Assembly (NCBI GenBank): GCA_000934665.2
Contig: KZ538013.1
Span: 124,001 to 180,250 of the forward strand
DNA: 56,250 nucleotides
Reading direction: 5' to 3'
From: Catajapyx aquilonaris
Lineage: Eukaryota
Position 1 is the first letter of the stretch. Every line of letters begins with the position of its first letter. The position numbers were made by a program, and so were the translations under genes. Under the pieces are notes generated by a model that did no database searches, was not told where the DNA came from, and saw only the letters and a list, made by a program, of their open reading frames with translations. Positions 12,101-32,200 of the stretch are shown here, in pieces.

Positions 12101-14744
12101 GAGCTTGGACCCTGATGAACCACCAACTGGTTCTGTCCCTGGGGAAGTCACACCTACTGAAGCTACACCTCCTGATCCCACCCCAGATGCTGTTGCAACA
12201 CCACCAGAATCAGTGACTTTGAGAGTCAGTCCAGCCTGATGTATGTAGCAGCCAAGGTGCAGAACATTGGTAGGGGGACGGATTTGGGCCCTGCCAGTTC
12301 CCTGTGCATCCTCAGCCCTTCTCTCACATGCACCCTCTTCTTCAGTCTCCTCCTCCCAGTATAAGGGAAGCAATGTAGGCACCCAGCTCATGGCCCAGCC
12401 TGTCCAGCTCTCACTTTGCACTGCATCAGACTCTTCTGGAAACAGGATTATAAAATTTAGTGTTGGCATTGTCAAACTAACATGCTGCATTCCTGAACTG
12501 ACATGTACATTACACAAAATGACTCACCAGCAACTTCTTGTGAAGTCCCTTCCTGTTCAGGTGATCCATCCCTTGACGCTGTGTCTCTTACCAACTCTTT
12601 AAGATAAAGTGCCAGAGCTAATCGGATCAATCGGATAAGCATAGGCAATTGAAGGTCGGTCAGCGAGAAATCCATTTTGGAGCAACAAACATCTATTCGG
12701 GTCAACCGTGGCCTCTTTGCCAGCAAACTGTGGTAGCATTGGGCTAGGTGGAGACTAAGTGAGCACCGGTATAGCAAAGGTTCCTGATATGCTTCAATCT
12801 TTCCTGATGCACCACGTCGATCCAAACACACTGTCAAATCTGACAATGAAGCCAACTTGCGAAGAGTTAAATCAGGGGCAGTTAGTTCTGAGAAAGCAGG
12901 CTGCCATGATGAGTCAGCTGACACCATGGAGACAGTCTTGACATTGACTGAAAGGACAATGTCCTCCTCCACATACTTCAGGATCAAGTTGTTGCACACA
13001 ATACTTATGTTGCTCACCACCTTGCTGATGAGGCTTTGGATGTAGCCTGGAGGAGCATTCATTTCATAGCTAGAAAATAATCAGAATTGAGAGGAAAGTT
13101 AACATAACAGTACATAAAATGATGTATCGACTGCAATTCAAGTAAATTGTCGTCATTCTGACAAAAGGATGAATTCACCATTTTCCTAATTTTACAGGAG
13201 ACAAAAGATACTTGCAAACCGCTATACAAGTACATAGGATGGCCTTCTTATTTTCCGTTATAACTCTGACGCCACTTGTCCGACGTGTTCCCTGTTTGTC
13301 TGAACGTCACCCAACACTTGAAGGTGCTGGCAGAGGCCATAATCCGATTTTAGCAAAAACGTCGAATTCGTCCTTTTGTCAGATTAACGACGAAAGGAGC
13401 ATCACGTTTCAAAATTTAGCATGCATCCATAATGGTAAAAATGTCACTGACCCTAATTTTCACTTGCTCCTGTCACCTCACTTTCCATTTTGGAACTGAG
13501 ATGCACCCATCTTTAGAAAGTCCATGTAATTGGATTTCCAACAGTATGTTCCACTCAAAATTGAAATCAAGGTCACAGGGGCAAACTTCCAGTATGTGAG
13601 ATTTTTAACAAAGCAGATGTGAGCTACCGGTAACTTATGAAACACCCAGTGTGCATATCATTTTCAAACTGCTACCATTCACTGAACTAACCTGCTTCTT
13701 TTTTTCTTCGCATCTTTTTTGGACTCCCTTTTGTAGCTCCCACCACTGCTACTATCTGAATCACTTTCATCATGTAGCTTTAGTGTACATTCTGCAAAAC
13801 AACAAGTCCAAATACATGAGAATTTTGAACATTATAAGCTAAACAATATGCAACATTTAAAAAAAGTGACCTATGGTGTTTATGGTGACTACAATAGGCT
13901 CCGAAGCCAGCTTGGTCCATGGAACAAGTATCCTGAGTTCATGTATGTGGCCACTCACAAATGTGAATGGCAGATGAAGCTCCTGCTCCAAGACCTCCAG
14001 GCGAAGATCCAAGTTGGAAAATGCAGCCTCACCACCCCATAAAGACACCTGCAAAAATGAAACCATTAAAATTTTGGTATTTGAAGAAACCTGCAAACAA
14101 CTGTACATATACATAGGATGGCCTTTCTATTTTCCGTTATAACTCTGATGTCACTTGTCCCATGGGTTCACTGTTTTGTCAGAATGTGACCCAAACTTTG
14201 ATGATAGTGGAAGAGGCCATAATTCGATTTTATCACAAATGTCGAATTCGTCCTCTTGTCAGATTAACGAGTTACTCGCTCATTGATATTTGGAATTATT
14301 GACAGCTGTCGGACAACTGAAACCTGGATTTCTTACAATAAATTGCATTAATTTTTATATGCAAAGTTTCAGGAACATCTGGTGCCAAATTGTTATTATT
14401 GCTAATTATTGCTAATATGGCTACATTTCTGAAATTGATAGGAGGCTTTCAGGCAGTCATTTTGGGAGCATGTGGGTTTTTCGTAGCTTTCCCTCGTTGC
14501 ACAAGTGAATTTCAAGCTAAGTAGTGTTCCACAGCCACTTTCCTATCCTCCCTACCATGCTCCTTGAATATGCAACAACATGAACCCTCAGGCAGCAAAT
14601 CTTTACAAGCAAGATCCCCTTCAGATAGATACCAAGCTCCCTTCCATCCTCAATCACCTGCGAGTCCTCCGGCCGGAAATTCTTGATGTATTTGTCAACA
14701 TAGCTGAAGAGCAGGGGGGTGACATATGACTCGAGCTTGAACAT
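165..14744 (-). CDS. VPS13B: Vacuolar protein sorting 13B (VPS13B/COH1) lipid-transfer protein, 5' portion; gene continues beyond position 1
   Basis: Chorein-N start MFKLESYVTPLLFSYVDKYIKNFRPEDSQ|VSLWGGEAAFSNLDLRLEVLEQELHLPF...HELRILVPWTKLASEP, plus VPS13B-like blocks YQEPLLYRCS, DNPLGHVFVRPDIY...EVEDRQYQLD and LVCGHSLELN. Frame-consistent GT-AG exons: 14744-14658, 14048-13871, 13791-13692, 13069-12528, 12435-12017, 10836-10371, 10096-9554, 8077-7611, 6565-6216, 5664-5202, 4877-4652, 4322-4100, 3862-3323, 1909-1711, 1564-1269, 406-165. Confidence 0.93.
556..927. mobile_element. Tc1/mariner (Tc2-type) MITE in a VPS13B intron
   Basis: 27-bp TIRs (CCATATTTACGCGCATATAAGACGCAC / GTGCGTCTTATATGTGCGTAAATACGG), TA on both sides (554-555, 928-929), and repeated internal GGTGCGTCTTATA motifs; CCGTA termini are typical of Tc2-like elements. 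Confidence 0.85.
1981..2498. mobile_element. piggyBac-type MITE
   Basis: TTAA at 1977-1980 and 2499-2502; 11-bp TIR CCCTTTGATGG / CCATCAAAGGG. Confidence 0.75.
2684..2794. mobile_element. 111-bp hAT-type MITE
   Basis: 8-bp TSD GTTACACA at 2676-2683 and 2795-2802; TIR CAGGGATGGAAAAAGTACCGCTT / AAGCGGTTCTTTTTCCATCCCTG; internally two related hairpin half-units. Confidence 0.85.
5869..6192. mobile_element. Degenerate Tigger/pogo-like MITE
   Basis: TA-CAGTAGAAC ... GTTCTACTG-TA termini with internal TTATCTGACC repeats. Confidence 0.6.
6752..6825. repeat. 35-bp tandem duplication
   Basis: ATGATACAAATACTGAAGTATTACTTCCACTGCTG present twice in tandem. Confidence 0.9.
8707..8990. mobile_element. 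piggyBac-type MITE
   Basis: TTAA flanks (8703-8706, 8991-8994); 17/18-identical TIR CCCTGGAACCGT(G/A)CCGTG; asymmetric internal repeats GGGGTCTTTTTGGACCCC / GGGGTCCGAAAAGACCCC, as in piggyBac ends. Confidence 0.85.
11569..11713. mobile_element. PIF/Harbinger-like MITE, same family as 20762-20904
   Basis: Imperfect TIR GGCCACATTCACATG / CATGTAAATGTGCC; shares GCGATGAA..CAATTGTTT and CGCTCACATGTAAA with the element at 20762. Confidence 0.55.
11719..11914. mobile_element. PIF/Harbinger-like MITE
   Basis: About 40-bp imperfect TIRs GCCTGTTTCACTAACTC...GCGGGGCATGTGG / CCACAAGCCCCAC...GAGTTGGTGAAACAGGC; abuts the previous element. Confidence 0.65.
13148..13393. mobile_element. MITE with about 28-bp TIRs; partial second copy at 14110-14270
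   Basis: TCGTCATTCTGACAAAAGGATGAATTC is inverted relative to GAATTCGTCCTTTTGTCAGATTAACGA; 13231-13390 aligns by eye with 14110-14270. Confidence 0.7.
14110..14270. repeat. Truncated second copy of the 13148-13393 element
   Basis: Shared TACATAGGATGGCCTT...TTTTCCGTTATAACTCTGA...GTCGAATTCGTCCT.TTGTCAGATTAACGA. Confidence 0.75.
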
Positions 14745-16130
14745 GTCTTGGCTGGCAGCCTCCCTTCCAGTGGGACGAGGCTCATCAAGCTACGTGGACG
14801 TTTCCTCCAGCCGCGTACCCCCCACCCTGCAGCATCAAAGCCATCCTGAGGAGCCTGTTGTACTGCGTGTGTACCGGCGTGTCATTGCCCACCAGCACCG
14901 CCACTGGCCTGCCAGTCAGTTGCAACAGGTGTAGGTCCCCATGCCTAGGCCAGGGCACTGCAGACGGTCCGAGCCCGGGTGGTGGTACACGTACCAAACA
15001 GGCGGTACGTCACCAGCACGGGCCGATCGGCCGCCGAAGCAGACAGGAAAAAGCACGATAAAAAGGAACCACGGAATGTTGCGGTGGCTGCCAACTACTG
15101 GGATCGTCATCAGCTGATATTGCCACGCTCCAACTCGAATGGCTTCTCTCCGGGTACATACCGCGCCACCTTCAACATGCAGTCAACCTACATCTACATT
15201 CATTAAAAGGTGATCTTCTTTGCACCAAAATGTAGTGTGGGAATACATGCCACATGTCCTGTACGCATAAATGTGACAATAATACAATCAAGCCATAACT
15301 TAGCAACTGTTGAGAGACCCAGGACAGCTGATTTTTTTCTTGGAATTTAGCAAAATTTTAACGTCATTCCCTGCAAACAAATGGTAAGGCTTCAGATATA
15401 ATCTCAAGCATGGAGTTATAACATCCATATTCTAGAAAAACGATGCTAACCTATTTTGCAATTCAAACTACGATGTCCAACTAAAGCACAATATGGCTTT
15501 GTACAAGAAGTCGTATGAAGCAGCTTGGGATCAAATTTCTAGTTGACTTTGTGTGTTTTGGCTTCTTGTAATTTAACCAATCGGTCATACAAGGGGCTAT
15601 TCATCATCTATACTGTACCAGTGTATCCCCATGTCTGGGTCCAATGCCATTATGGCAGTTGGGCCTCATTAAGTCAGGAAGGTGTCCTATCATAATATGT
15701 TCAGGCTCTCCTACGAGTCCTACTACCACTCTGATGTCAACCAAATGGTGAATGGAGTGTGTTCAAAGTTCCTGGGTCTTTTTGTATTCTCAAATTTCAC
15801 CTAATATTGTTGTTATTTTTTGTGTCCACCTGGATCGGGATGCAACAAGCTATACTCAGATAACTTCAGGCAAAATTTGAAATGACTAAAAGGACCCAAG
15901 TACTTGTAATAATTCAGTGTAAATATGACTTCTTGGAGATAGTAGCATTTGCTCCAGAACTTAACAACAGTGATTGCAATAGGGATTATTGGTCCTGTTT
16001 CACCTAACTGAATATTGTAAGGCAGATCTGTTCTTTGCTAACTTTTGTGATTTTATTCAGAATTTGAATATGTGAATTTTAACAAAAGTTTCTTGCAATC
16101 CTCTTGACATGATACAAACCTGCAGAAGCT

Positions 16131-17372
16131 ATGGCGTCTATGTCAGAAGTTGTGGCAGCCATGACAGCCAGTGCGGACGCCATGAGGGCAAGCGCACAAA
16201 TCATTAACACTGTAACAGCTAAAGAAGCTATAAACATGGGCATCCAGGCCATGCAAGCAGGCATAGAAGCATTGAGTGGGTCACCACGCCAAGTCATGAA
16301 GGCAGGTGCAATTGCTATGCGAGCAGGTGAAGTGGCCATGAGAGCAGGTGCAGAGAACATGAGTGATATAGCTGCAGAATCCATTAGGGCAGGTGCAGAA
16401 GCTATGAGGGCTAGTGCTGAGATCATGAGAACAGGAGCAGAAGAAATGTGTGCGTCATCTGCAGACCAAACAAAAGATCCTGAGATCAAGACAGCCGCTA
16501 TAGAGGTCATGAAGGCTGGCGCTGAGGCCATGAGGGCAGGCGCTGAGGCCATGCAAGCAGGTGCAGGGAATATGAGTGGGACAAATGCAGAAGCCATGAA
16601 GGTAGGTGCTGATGCCATTAAGTTAGCGGCAGAGGCAATGCGAGAGTGTGCAGAATACGTGAGTGCAACATCTGCAGTTGAGGTGCCAAGAACAGATGGG
16701 GGCATAATGCACACTGTAAGGTCAGGCACTGCAACTGTGAGATCGTACGTGCAGGATATCAGTGGGAAAGCAGTCGAAGCTGTGAGAACCGGAGCAGAAG
16801 TCATACGATCAGGTGCATCATGTGCAAAAGCAAAAGCTGAAAGCCTAGCAGCAACAACCACCCAAGCAGTTAGAACAGGTGCTGAAACCATCAGGACAAC
16901 AGCAGAAACCTCTAGGGCCAGAGCTGGAAACTTGGGTGAAGCAACCGCTCAGGCTGTGAGGACGGGAGCTGAAGCTATCAGGACAAGAGCAGAAACCACT
17001 AGGGAAAGAGCTGAAAGCTTGGGTGCATCAACAACTCAAGCTGTGAGGACAGGAGCTCAAGCCATAAGAGCAGGTGCTGAAACTGCAAAAGCAAAAGCTG
17101 AAAGTCTGCGAGCAACAACTAGCCAAGCAGCAAGGACAGGTGCTGAAGCCATAAGGAGAGGTGCAGAAACCACTCGAGAAGCAGCTGAGCGCTTGGGTTC
17201 AACAACAGTCCAAGCTGTGAGAACAGGCACTGACACCATGAGAGAAGGTGTAAATGTTATGAGAACCGGAGCAGGGAACTTAGGTCGGAAAACCGTGGAA
17301 GCTGTGCGGGCAGGAGCCGAGGCCATGAGGACAGGTGCAGAAGCTATGGCAGCTGGCATGCAGATAACTTGA
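16131..17372 (+). CDS. Uncharacterised 413-aa Ala/Met/Thr-rich protein made of 29-aa helical repeats (LEA/apolipoprotein/coiled-coil-like architecture)
   Basis: Uninterrupted 1242-nt ORF in AT-rich flanks; start context GCTATGG with an in-frame TGA upstream; exact 87-nt periodicity (units at 16836, 16923, 17010, 17097, 17184, 17271) with conserved residues encoded by different codons; possible upstream acceptor TTTTATTCAG at about 16060 and ATTAAA at about 17459. Confidence 0.8.
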   Translation: MASMSEVVAAMTASADAMRASAQIINTVTAKEAINMGIQAMQAGIEALSGSPRQVMKAGAIAMRAGEVAMRAGAENMSDIAAESIRAGAEAMRASAEIMRTGAEEMCASSADQTKDPEIKTAAIEVMKAGAEAMRAGAEAMQAGAGNMSGTNAEAMKVGADAIKLAAEAMRECAEYVSATSAVEVPRTDGGIMHTVRSGTATVRSYVQDISGKAVEAVRTGAEVIRSGASCAKAKAESLAATTTQAVRTGAETIRTTAETSRARAGNLGEATAQAVRTGAEAIRTRAETTRERAESLGASTTQAVRTGAQAIRAGAETAKAKAESLRATTSQAARTGAEAIRRGAETTREAAERLGSTTVQAVRTGTDTMREGVNVMRTGAGNLGRKTVEAVRAGAEAMRTGAEAMAAGMQIT

Positions 17373-18005
17373 TGGAAACGAAGATTTTATGATCCACATC
17401 AGACAAATTAACAATTTATTCATTACTGAATATGATGAAATTATCAATGGATGGAAAAATTAAACATTGGTCAAAAAGCTTGATTCCAATTTTTTGTCAT
17501 ACCTAGAGCTAAAATAAGTTTCACTAATTGTAAGCTACAAGTAGGACAGGGCCTGCGTAAAGATGGTGGCACCCCTTCAAGCATGCTCCTAGTAAAATCA
17601 TGTAGCTCTTTGCTCTTGTGAACATGAGAAAAATGCTGCCTAAGGTGGAGAAATTCACTGTTTGGGATGCCACCTTGGATGTGTACCATACCTGACAGCC
17701 ACATGATTACAATGTTTCATTTAGCCACACAGGCATAATTGGGCACCTGAATCAGGGCACAACACAGAAGTTACACAAAAATTACTTCAAGCAATACTAG
17801 CAATAACCAAATATACCCTGAAACTTGGAACACCCTACATTGAAGCACTTGCTGTATGACTCATACTTCACCTATTGTCCTGAAAGTATGATTATGAATT
17901 TATGATTACCATGTAAGTCAGCAACAGTCACTTGCAAGTGGCATCCCAAGCTGCACAAGCCAGGATGAAGGAAAGACTAGGTCTGGTTTGGCCTAAATTA
18001 CTTGG

Positions 18006-18449
18006 AATAACGTACGGAAAACGCGAGAACGTTCTGACGTCATCGTTTCTTCCACTGTTGCTTTTTGGGATAGAGTTGGCCTTACTGGCGTGCGGGAGGT
18101 GGGAGGCAGTAGTCGGTGGGGGCAGGGGGCTGTGGCGCAAAGGCAAGGATCAAGGATAGGCGTGTATCCGCTGAAGATAGGTCTGTATCAACAAGGAAGG
18201 AAGGTTAGGCTTGGTTAGGTTGGTACAGCATATCCCTTCCAAAATCCAAAAAAAATCAATCCTTGCATCCTTGCCTTTGCGACACAGACAAGCTGCCCCC
18301 AGCCACCACTCACCCTGCCGCCTCCGGCACGAGAAAAAGGCCTACTCTTCCCGCTTTTTGTTGACACGGTTTACTCATATTGTTCTGTGAGGGTATTTCC
18401 ATGGAAACCTTGATGACATTAGATCATTCTCTCATTTTCCACACATTAT
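18006..18449. mobile_element. Foldback/MITE-like element with long diverged inverted arms
   Basis: AATAACGTACGGAAAACGCGAGAACGTTCTGACGTCATC pairs with GATGACATTAGATCATTCTCTCATTTTCCACACATTATT; inner arms GCGCAAAGGCAAGGATCAAGGAT / ATCCTTGCATCCTTGCCTTTGCG; central GGTTAGGCTTGGTTAGGTTGG. Confidence 0.7.
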
Positions 18450-18535
18450 TTAGTACCTAAGTGGCATGAACAGAATGAAAAGCAAGTTTTAGAGACCTTG
18501 GCATGATTAATTCCAAGTTATAATATGTACATAAC

Positions 18536-18541
18536 TTTATT
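18536..18541 (-). terminator. Probable poly(A) signal of RPB2
   Basis: AATAAA on the minus strand about 65 nt after the RPB2 stop codon. Confidence 0.55.
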
Positions 18542-18605
18542 ACTCGTTTAATGTCAGATACTTCTAACAAATACACCGGTTTTCAGTCTTGGTCTTCAAT
18601 AACTC

Positions 18606-27833
<9,228 letters not shown>

Positions 27834-28194
27834 CTTGGGCGTCTACCCCAGAGTCCTGGGGTCTCCCGGGTCGAACGCGGATCACGGATGGCGCACAAAA
27901 CTGCAGATGAAGCCAGATTCAGCGGATTCAGAACTCCAACGCCGGCTTCGGCCAGTCCTCCGCCATCCGCTTCACTTCCCAACTTCGGCCTCTTCTTCAT
28001 CCATCGGGGTGGTGGTGTTTGAAATGGCCGTCGTTTGAAGGCGCTGGCTGCAAATGGAAGGCAGGACGACATCTGCCGGCCAATAGTTAAACCACTTGGA
28101 CACCATTCTTTTTTTCTTTTTCTCTGGACCCGCTCTGACGTAAGGAGAGAGCGAGGTTGCCAATATGACACATCTGATATGGTTGACAATATGA

Positions 28195-28410
28195 CACAGC
28201 GGAAGTGCTGTGACATCGCGATTTATCTGTCTTTCTCCCCATTCCCCGCCCTTTTCTGTTTATATCGGTGAGATCATTGGCATCTAATCACATTTTATAA
28301 ATACAGTGTGGTATCAGATATTTCACTCGTGCACTCAACTCTCTCCTGCTTCCTTTGTACAGTACAGTACTGCAATATAAAAATAACACCGGAAAAAATA
28401 CCGGAAGCGT
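28195..28410. promoter_or_regulatory. Likely RPB2 promoter region with ETS-like motifs
   Basis: CGGAAGTG at about 28200, CCGGAAA at about 28389 and CCGGAAGC at about 28401, upstream of a CpG-rich leader; TSS not determinable from sequence alone. Confidence 0.35.
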
Positions 28411-29291
28411 TTAGCTGTATTTGAACCGCATTTTAATCCATTTTGGCTCGTGTATCAAGTCTGTAAAAATGTAACTTTATGTTATGTATGACAACTACAT
28501 ATACGACATTATTATGTCGAACACATATATTGCGATTTCTTTTTCTACTTGAAATCAGAGTGCTTTACTATGTTGCCAGGGCTTCTTTCATCTCAATCGT
28601 TCAATCAATGATGATTTGTTTTGTTGTTGTTTCCAAATTCATATTGGCAGGAAGCAGAAAGATGTATATAGCCTGCCGGAGCAAAGATTGGGTTTTCTGC
28701 TACGTGCGGTATACGTATAAAAATGGTGAGATATGATAATGTTTAATATCAATATGTTATTGTAACTCATCAACTTTGTAGGCCTATGCAAATTAATTCC
28801 GCGGCTTACTGCAATGTAGCCTACAGTGTGTTCCAAATACCGGTGAGCCTATATATTAGAGTACTATTTTTTTGCGGGAGGTTAGGGCAACAAAAACTTC
28901 AGATATGGTTTGTGGGGGTAAACGTTTCGGTTATTTTTAACCACAAGTCAGTCATACAAGAAACATCAATAAAATACTGTATAAAATAGTGTTGCTCAGT
29001 TTTGTGAGATCACATTATGTACAATTCTTTAACAAATATTGCAAATAAAATTACAAAGTTCTGAACTCACTTCCAACACTTCGTACAACACGTACAACTG
29101 GTGCAGCTAGGAACAATAGGAATGACTGTAAATAGCCCAATGTACACTTATTGTCCTCAAATAATGAGGCGGATGTGATTGTCAGGCATAATATGTGATC
29201 CAGAATAACTTATTGTCTCGTCCTCACTGATGTGCTACACAATCATGTGCACTCCACATTTGTCACATATCCCATCATAGACCGAATAATA

Positions 29292-32200
29292 TCAAGGCGT
29301 CAGCTGCTGGTCCTGCTGCGATTGTTGCGAAGATTGCTGTCCTTCCGATTGCTTCTCTTCCTCATCCTGGCCGATGGTGCCGAAGTACCTCTGGATCTCC
29401 TCCAGAGTCTTTCCCTTGGTCTCAGGAACAAACATGAGCACAAAGAAGATACCCGCGAAGCAAATGCCTCCAAATATTATGAAGGGAGGTCCCGTATGTA
29501 GCGCCTTGTCGATGCCAGGATAAGCCATGGTGACGGCAAAGGCCAGTGTCCAGTTGAAGGAGGTTGCAATGGACGAAGCCAAGCTCCTGACACTTCCAGG
29601 GAACACCTCGCCCATCATCATCCAGGGGATGGGACCGTACCCGATGGAGAACATTGCGATGAAGAGGACCAGGGAGACGACGGGGAGCCACCACAGTGTG
29701 TCATTCGCCAAATCTGGATTGCGCTGAAAAAATTACATAAAACAAATACTTTAAGACATGTGCGCTGCGCCATTATTTTAAAAACAATTTTGTAAACAAA
29801 CTGCGCATAATTATGCTACTCATCATGCCCTACTATTATTCAATTTCATGTGACTACTAAGCGAGGATATGAAATAAGCGGCCCCATGCAAATGAGGTTA
29901 TTATGAAGTTGACACTGCTCAATAAGTTTATGGAGCTAACATACCTCCTGGATGATGAAGAATGTCCCCAGACTGACGAGTGACACTCCCATGAAGAGAT
30001 CTGACAGCACCAGCAGCACTCGCCTTCCAACAATATCCATGATCAGTGACGCAATGCCTGTGACAACCACCTGCACTCCGGTGACAATGATGGCCTGCAC
30101 AGTCGATGACATCTGTTTGAGTCCAGCAGCCCCAAAGATCTGTGACGTGTAAAAGATGACCGCGTTGACACCCGACAGCTGCTGCAGCAGCATGAGACCC
30201 ATGGAAACAATGAATGGTCGGAGGTTTTGTGGTAGCAGCAGGTCTCTCATGGTGGCAGAATTGGCCATGCTTTCCTCCAGTGCATCCTTGATCACCTGGA
30301 CCTCTGCTCCAACGTCGACCCCTTTCTCTCGAAGCCATAGAAGCGACTCTTTCGCCTTCTGGTCCTCGCCCTTCTTCAGGTAATAGGCGGGTGACTCAGG
30401 CATCGGCAGCATTATAACTATCAACGCCTGCAAGAAAAACCATCAGGTTATAACCCTCTTTATCACCACCATCTAAATACGAATAAAAATGTGTACTGAC
30501 CACCGGCATGGCGAAACAGGTCCAGTTCAGTACATCCCAATTTTCCGCAATGCCCAGAATATTGACCAAGAGTATTCCAATGGTAATAAGCAATTGGAAT
30601 CCGGCTCCTACCATTCCTCTAACCTGGGCCGAAGCACACTCTCCAATATAGATAGGAATGGCCAGCGAATAGATCCCGCTGGACAGTCCGGTGATTATCC
30701 TGCCAGCGATCAACATTGCCACATTCTGAGCAAAGATGATCAGCAGCCAGCCAAGGATGCATGGGATCGAGATGATTTTGATCATTCCCTTTCGGCCAAA
30801 CCGTCCTATTAGACCACCTCCAATCAGGCCTCCAATCAAGGCACCCACATTCATCAAGGAGCTGACCAGGCTGAATTCTACGTCTGAAACTTTGATAGTT
30901 GTGTCTTCCCTGAGAAGCCTTTGAGCAGGAGAGGACCATCCTAGGGTGGTGCCCATAACCAGAGCGCCCATGGTTGCTTTAAAAAAAAGTTCAGTAGATT
31001 AGTCACATGTTGAAAAATAGGCACAGTATATGTACTGTACGATATGTGTGTACATGCAGTATGTGTACAAAGCCGAGAGAAAAACGAGCAAATGCACAAT
31101 AATATTGTGTCCGGTCCGGTTTCCTTTCGCGTCAATACAAGAGTTTTTCAACCTTCCGGTGTGGCCTTTTCCTGTTTCGCAGGGAAATGCGACATAAGCA
31201 GGAAATAACGCAAATCCTCTTGTTCGGAAATGGTGCCAAGGAAAGTCCGAAATATTGCGTAACAGGAGCCATGGAATAAAAAGTGCATCTAATTTCATGG
31301 TGACAATGGGATTATTACGTTACATCTACGTAGCGGACAGCATGAGCTCGTTTAACAATAAATGCTCGGTAACAGACAAGGTCTTATAGTATCAAATTAT
31401 ATTTCATTTGTTATAGAAAAAGTTGGGAGAGATACCGGTACGTCATTTCACATGCACGCTCTTTCCAAAACTCATCGTCTTTAAATGAGACATATTTCTT
31501 TCTAGCAGGGACATAAAATGAAAAGATTCCTCTCAAGTTCTATAGCTTGTCGCTGTGCACCATAATTTACCGTGCAGATTGTACTATACCTATCATCATC
31601 AGAAGCAAAATTGAAACAACTTTTCTCCTATCGAATTTGGGAGTTGTGAATATCAGGGTTTGACATTCACAAATGTCTTATTTTTCCATTTTCAACTGGC
31701 CACAGGAAGAAAGTGGAAGGTGCACGAATTTTTATATCAATTTTTACACCAGTGAGATAAAAATTCCCAATTTTCTAATCAAGCATTATAATGTGTGAAA
31801 ACTATAACATTTAATGAAATCGACGCTGAGAAAAAGGCAAGAAAAAGGTCATTGTGGCAACTTCAATGTTACTGTTCGCACACGAATTCATTGACCTACA
31901 AGTTTTAGTGAATAATAATATAATATGTACGGTAACTAAAATATTGGGCGGGATCTACCATTACACTGTAAAAACTGCAATAGGTCTACAAATTTCTGAC
32001 CATCCACTTTCCTGCTGGGGCCATTTGAACGTTGGAAAACTGCAAATTCTTCCACTTCTAACTCTGCTTTCACAACTCTCAAACCTGACAGGAAAACACC
32101 GATGTTGTTAATTAATAATTATTGCATTCTCCGCTAAAAATTACACAGCAAAAAAATCGATCCAGCAGGCAATGATCCTTTTCACATAACTCAGGCACAT

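Noticed and set aside
14785..15110. Selenoprotein-like TGA read-through after TCCN upstream of VPS13B
   Set aside because: No recognisable selenoprotein motif or SECIS; read-through meets further stops.
16079..17359. Long antisense ORFs (270 aa and 100 aa) opposite the repeat-protein gene
   Set aside because: Expected shadow of an Ala-rich repetitive sense ORF; no independent coding evidence.
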